Positions 16,753 to 19,365 of a stretch of DNA of 19,365 nucleotides are shown here, piece after piece; position 1 is the first letter of the stretch, and each line of letters starts with the position of its first letter. The DNA comes from Minisyncoccia bacterium. Lineage in GTDB: Bacteria; Patescibacteriota; Minisyncoccia; SW-4-49-11. A model generated the notes under the pieces. It searched no databases and was not told the DNA's origin. It was given only the letters and a program-made list of their open reading frames with translations. Location: positions 1 to 19,365 of the forward strand of contig JBIKVS010000014.1 of NCBI GenBank assembly GCA_044356725.1, given 5' to 3'. Both the position numbers and the translations under genes were made by a program.

Positions 16753-16759
16753 CAGAGCT

Positions 16760-16783
16760 AAATTCCCCTCTTGATAGGGTGTC
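16760..16783 (+). repeat. Truncated repeat copy of the mod-type variant
   Basis: AAATTCCCCTCTTGATAGGGTGTC compared with AAATTCCCCTCTTGAGGGGTGTC at 18003. Confidence 0.65.
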
Positions 16784-16875
16784 AAAGTAATGATTTGGGA
16801 CAAAAATTGAATACAACTATTGCTAAAATGATTAAAATATGCTAAGGTAAATTGTCCTAATTTCAGGTCTGTTTT

Positions 16876-17289
16876 ATGACCACTCATTCAGAAACTGAGG
16901 CCACAAAGAAGGTAAGAATTTTACTAAACGCACTTTCAGATGCAGGCTGTGCACTGCATTCTGCAGTAGTAGCGTTAAGAGTAAGAATAGGTTATGAAAA
17001 TCTTGACCTAATGGCAGAACATTCAGTAAGAGTCATAGAATCCTCTACTACATTATTTCAAGCATACATTGTCGCAGCAAATGTTTTAAATTCTGATGAA
17101 AAGCTCCAAGATTTAAAAAATATTGTCTTTGAAACAATAACAGGTTTGAATGCTGCAGCAATTTCACTAATAGCCAAAAGACCTACTATTGAATCATTAG
17201 AGGCAGCTTCACATAAGGCTGATATTACTAGTGCAACAGCACATCAGACTAAAGTAAGATTCTCTGATACGATATATAAATACAGTTGA
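16876..17289 (+). CDS. Orphan Ala-rich, probably helical hypothetical protein (137 aa)
   Basis: ATG ORF with an upstream TTGCTA-17-(TGC)TAAGGT promoter candidate (16820-16848) and a downstream terminator. Confidence 0.65.
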   Translation: MTTHSETEATKKVRILLNALSDAGCALHSAVVALRVRIGYENLDLMAEHSVRVIESSTTLFQAYIVAANVLNSDEKLQDLKNIVFETITGLNAAAISLIAKRPTIESLEAASHKADITSATAHQTKVRFSDTIYKYS

Positions 17290-17325
17290 CACAGACTCAT
17301 TTAATTAGATTGTTCCTTCCTCCCC

Positions 17326-17348
17326 CCCTCGCTGAGCGAGGGTTTTTT
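17326..17348 (+). terminator. Intrinsic terminator
   Basis: CCCTCGC-TGA-GCGAGGG followed by T6. Confidence 0.8.
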
Positions 17349-17377
17349 CTTTAAAGATATATTAAAATTTACACTCT

Positions 17378-17421
17378 ATCCACCACCGGCACTTCGTGCC
17401 ACCTCCTCCAAAGGAGGACAA
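17378..17421 (-). repeat. Double-hairpin repeat, copy 5
   Basis: Reverse complement TTGTCCTCCTTTGGAGGAGGTGGCACGAAGTGCCGGTGGTGGAT, 1 mismatch to 10517-10560. Confidence 0.92.
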
Positions 17422-17569
17422 GTAATTATCTTATATTCTATGCAAAGCTTTAATTTCTTGACTTTTTATCTCGTAATTTGTCTACGATCATCTAATCGAG
17501 TACATACTCTGTATTTTTATAAGATTAAAGGGTATAATATAAGATATATAGAATAATAAATTATAATAT

Positions 17570-19336
17570 ATGCCAGGAATTAATTTTAGGTCAATTATAT
17601 TATCAATATTGGAGGCGGATGAGAGAATTTGGTTTCAAAATGAAGAAGGAGAGAAGGAATTAAATCAAACTTTGCTTTTGGATTTGGTAGAAAAGATTGA
17701 TGATAAGATTATTAATTTATTATTACAAGAGGAGGCTTTGAGAGAGAAGTTTTTTGCTAAAATTAGTCCAGATACTACTGAGAAGCATTCTACTTATGTC
17801 TTCAAGATGAATGACTTTAGATTCTTTATGGAGGAGAATAAAATAGATAATTCTTATACAGCTTATAAAAACAGAATTGGACTAACAGATGGGAAAAAAT
17901 TCCTCAAAGATAGTAATGATATAATACTAAATTGGCCGTATAAAGATTGTATTTTGGAAGGTGGGCAAAGTAATGAAGAAGGCTCTGATACTTATTTTGA
18001 GAAAATTCCCCTCTTGAGGGGTGTCGACAAAGTCGACGGGGTGGATTATTCTTATATCCAAAAACAAGCTAAAAGAAAAGAGATATTTTTTAATTCCGTT
18101 CTTGCTCCTGATGAAATTGATAGATTATTAGACCCCAAGGCTTTAGTGAATTGGAAAAGGTTTACAAAAGATGGTCAAATTCCCCTCTTGAGGGGTGTCG
18201 ACAAAGTCGACGGGGTGGATGCTCTCAAAAGAGATAAAAATGGGACTATTGCTGAGAATATGATTATCAAAGGTAATAATCTCTTAGCTATGCATAGTCT
18301 CAAGAAGCAATTTACAGGTAAAGTGAAGCTTATCTATATTGACCCGCCTTATAATACTGGGAATGATGGGTTTAAGTATAATGATAATTTTAATCATTCC
18401 ACTTGGCTGACTTTTATGAAAAATAGATTAGAAGTAGCAAGGGAGTTATTAAGAGAGGATGGGGTAATTTTTGTGAGTTGTGATGATAATGAACAAGGCT
18501 ATCTAAAAGTTTTAATGGATGAAGTTTTTGGGAGAGAAAACTTTGTAAATAATATTATTTGGCATAAAAAAAGAGGTAAAGATAATAGTGCAAAATATTT
18601 TAGTATCACACATGAAAATTTAATTGTATTTGGAAAACAGAAGAAAAATTTAAAAATACTAAGAAATGAATTAGATGAATCAACAAAAAAAGCATATAAG
18701 AATCAAGACGATGATCCTCGAGGAGAGTACCGTATATTAGGTATTTGGTCTAGGCAACAAGGAGGTTCTGAATTCGAATATACAACTAATAAAGGTAATT
18801 TTTACTCTAAAAGATTATGGCTTGTAAATAAAGCTACAATGAAAAAGTTAGATGATGACAATAGATTAATTGAAAATGAAGACAGATTATATTACAAAAA
18901 GTTTTTATCAGAAAACACTGGAAGTATTCCAGAAACAATTTGGAAAGACACCTCAAATAATGCAAATGCAAAAGATGAAATTAAAAATCTATTTGGTGAT
19001 GCAGTTTTTGTCACACCCAAACCAGAACCTTTATTGGAAAGAATAATTCAAATATCCACTCAACCTGGCGACATTGTCCTAGATTATCATCTCGGATCTG
19101 GCACAACTGCCGCCGTAGCTCATAAAATGGGGCGGCAATATATTGGGATTGAGCAGATGGATTATGTGGAAACTATTGCGGTGGAGCGACTCAAAAAAGT
19201 AATAGGACAATCCACCTCCCCCGCTAAAGCGGGTACTCCTCAAGAGGAGAATTCTAGGAAATTAACAGCAAAAGAAAGGCAAGGTTTGCAAGAGATTTTG
19301 GAGAAAATAAAAAATTCTAATAATAGTTTGGTGTAA
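17570..19336 (+). CDS. mod: Type III restriction-modification adenine methyltransferase (Mod, beta class) with in-frame repeat insertions and an atypical C-terminus
   Basis: N-terminal type III region (NSYTAYKNRIGL, WPYKDCILEGGQ, EIFFNSVLAPDEIDRLL), IIKGNNL, motif IV DPPY, a variable TRD, TPKPEPLLERII and motif I DYHLGSGTT. Confidence 0.9.
   Translation: MPGINFRSIILSILEADERIWFQNEEGEKELNQTLLLDLVEKIDDKIINLLLQEEALREKFFAKISPDTTEKHSTYVFKMNDFRFFMEENKIDNSYTAYKNRIGLTDGKKFLKDSNDIILNWPYKDCILEGGQSNEEGSDTYFEKIPLLRGVDKVDGVDYSYIQKQAKRKEIFFNSVLAPDEIDRLLDPKALVNWKRFTKDGQIPLLRGVDKVDGVDALKRDKNGTIAENMIIKGNNLLAMHSLKKQFTGKVKLIYIDPPYNTGNDGFKYNDNFNHSTWLTFMKNRLEVARELLREDGVIFVSCDDNEQGYLKVLMDEVFGRENFVNNIIWHKKRGKDNSAKYFSITHENLIVFGKQKKNLKILRNELDESTKKAYKNQDDDPRGEYRILGIWSRQQGGSEFEYTTNKGNFYSKRLWLVNKATMKKLDDDNRLIENEDRLYYKKFLSENTGSIPETIWKDTSNNANAKDEIKNLFGDAVFVTPKPEPLLERIIQISTQPGDIVLDYHLGSGTTAAVAHKMGRQYIGIEQMDYVETIAVERLKKVIGQSTSPAKAGTPQEENSRKLTAKERQGLQEILEKIKNSNNSLV
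18003..18046 (+). repeat. Double-hairpin repeat, copy 6 (in-frame in mod)
   Basis: AAATTCCCCTCTTGAGGGGTGTCGACAAAGTCGACGGGGTGGAT, encoding IPLLRGVDKVDGVD. Confidence 0.95.
18177..18220 (+). repeat. Double-hairpin repeat, copy 7 (in-frame in mod)
   Basis: 44/44 identical to 18003-18046, 174 bp downstream, encoding the same peptide. Confidence 0.95.
19210..19253 (-). repeat. Double-hairpin repeat, copy 8 (in-frame in mod, reverse orientation)
   Basis: Reverse complement AATTCTCCTCTTGAGGAGTACCCGCTTTAGCGGGGGAGGTGGAT, read in mod as STSPAKAGTPQEEN. Confidence 0.85.
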
Positions 19337-19340
19337 AGAT

Positions 19341-19365
19341 ATGACTAAAAAAAGTGAAATCCAAT
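19341..19365 (+). CDS. Possible start of the next gene (MTKKSEIQ...), cut off by the window end
   Basis: ATG 4 nt after the mod stop codon, only 8 codons visible. Confidence 0.35.

Noticed and set aside
14340-16887. Track ORFs 14340..14561, 15342..15575, 16445..16816, 16512..16742 and 16657..16887
   Set aside because: Shadow frames of yidC, the flippase or GT2, or translations of repeat DNA
18023-18211. Four GTCGAC (SalI-type) sites as the methyltransferase's own target
   Set aside because: They are the arms of hairpin 2 of the repeat, and type III Mod enzymes recognise asymmetric sites
3903-19253. CRISPR array or integron attC interpretation of the repeats
   Set aside because: Copies are dispersed, in both orientations and without regular spacers. 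There are no cas or integrase genes and no RYYYAAC/GTTRRRY ends.
17570-19336. Simple-sequence-repeat phase variation (phasevarion) in mod
   Set aside because: No long homopolymer or short tandem repeat tract was seen in the ORF
1-19365. Alternative genetic code (TGA=Gly, or general TAG recoding)
   Set aside because: All conserved genes are full length in code 11, and dnaA ends at a TAG at the expected position

Overview
This AT-rich bacterial window spans the chromosomal replication origin. The short YidC without a periplasmic domain, the general lack of Shine-Dalgarno motifs and the gene order suggest a Patescibacteria/CPR genome in the standard genetic code (inference). The core has dnaA-oriC-dnaN-comM on the minus strand and, divergently, rpmH (absent from the ORF track)-rnpA-yidC-flippase-GT2. 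The left arm encodes a split ABC exporter, a beta-carbonic-anhydrase-like protein, a PQQ-dependent sugar dehydrogenase, a pterin-4a-carbinolamine dehydratase and a LysM/M23 peptidase. The right end encodes a type III R-M Mod methyltransferase. The most striking signal is a family of ~44-bp GC-rich double-hairpin repeats, with 8 full copies and 3 fragments showing compensatory stem changes. These repeats cluster beside oriC, bracket an orphan gene in inverted orientation, carry a second palindrome nested in one copy, and sit in-frame three times inside the methyltransferase gene.
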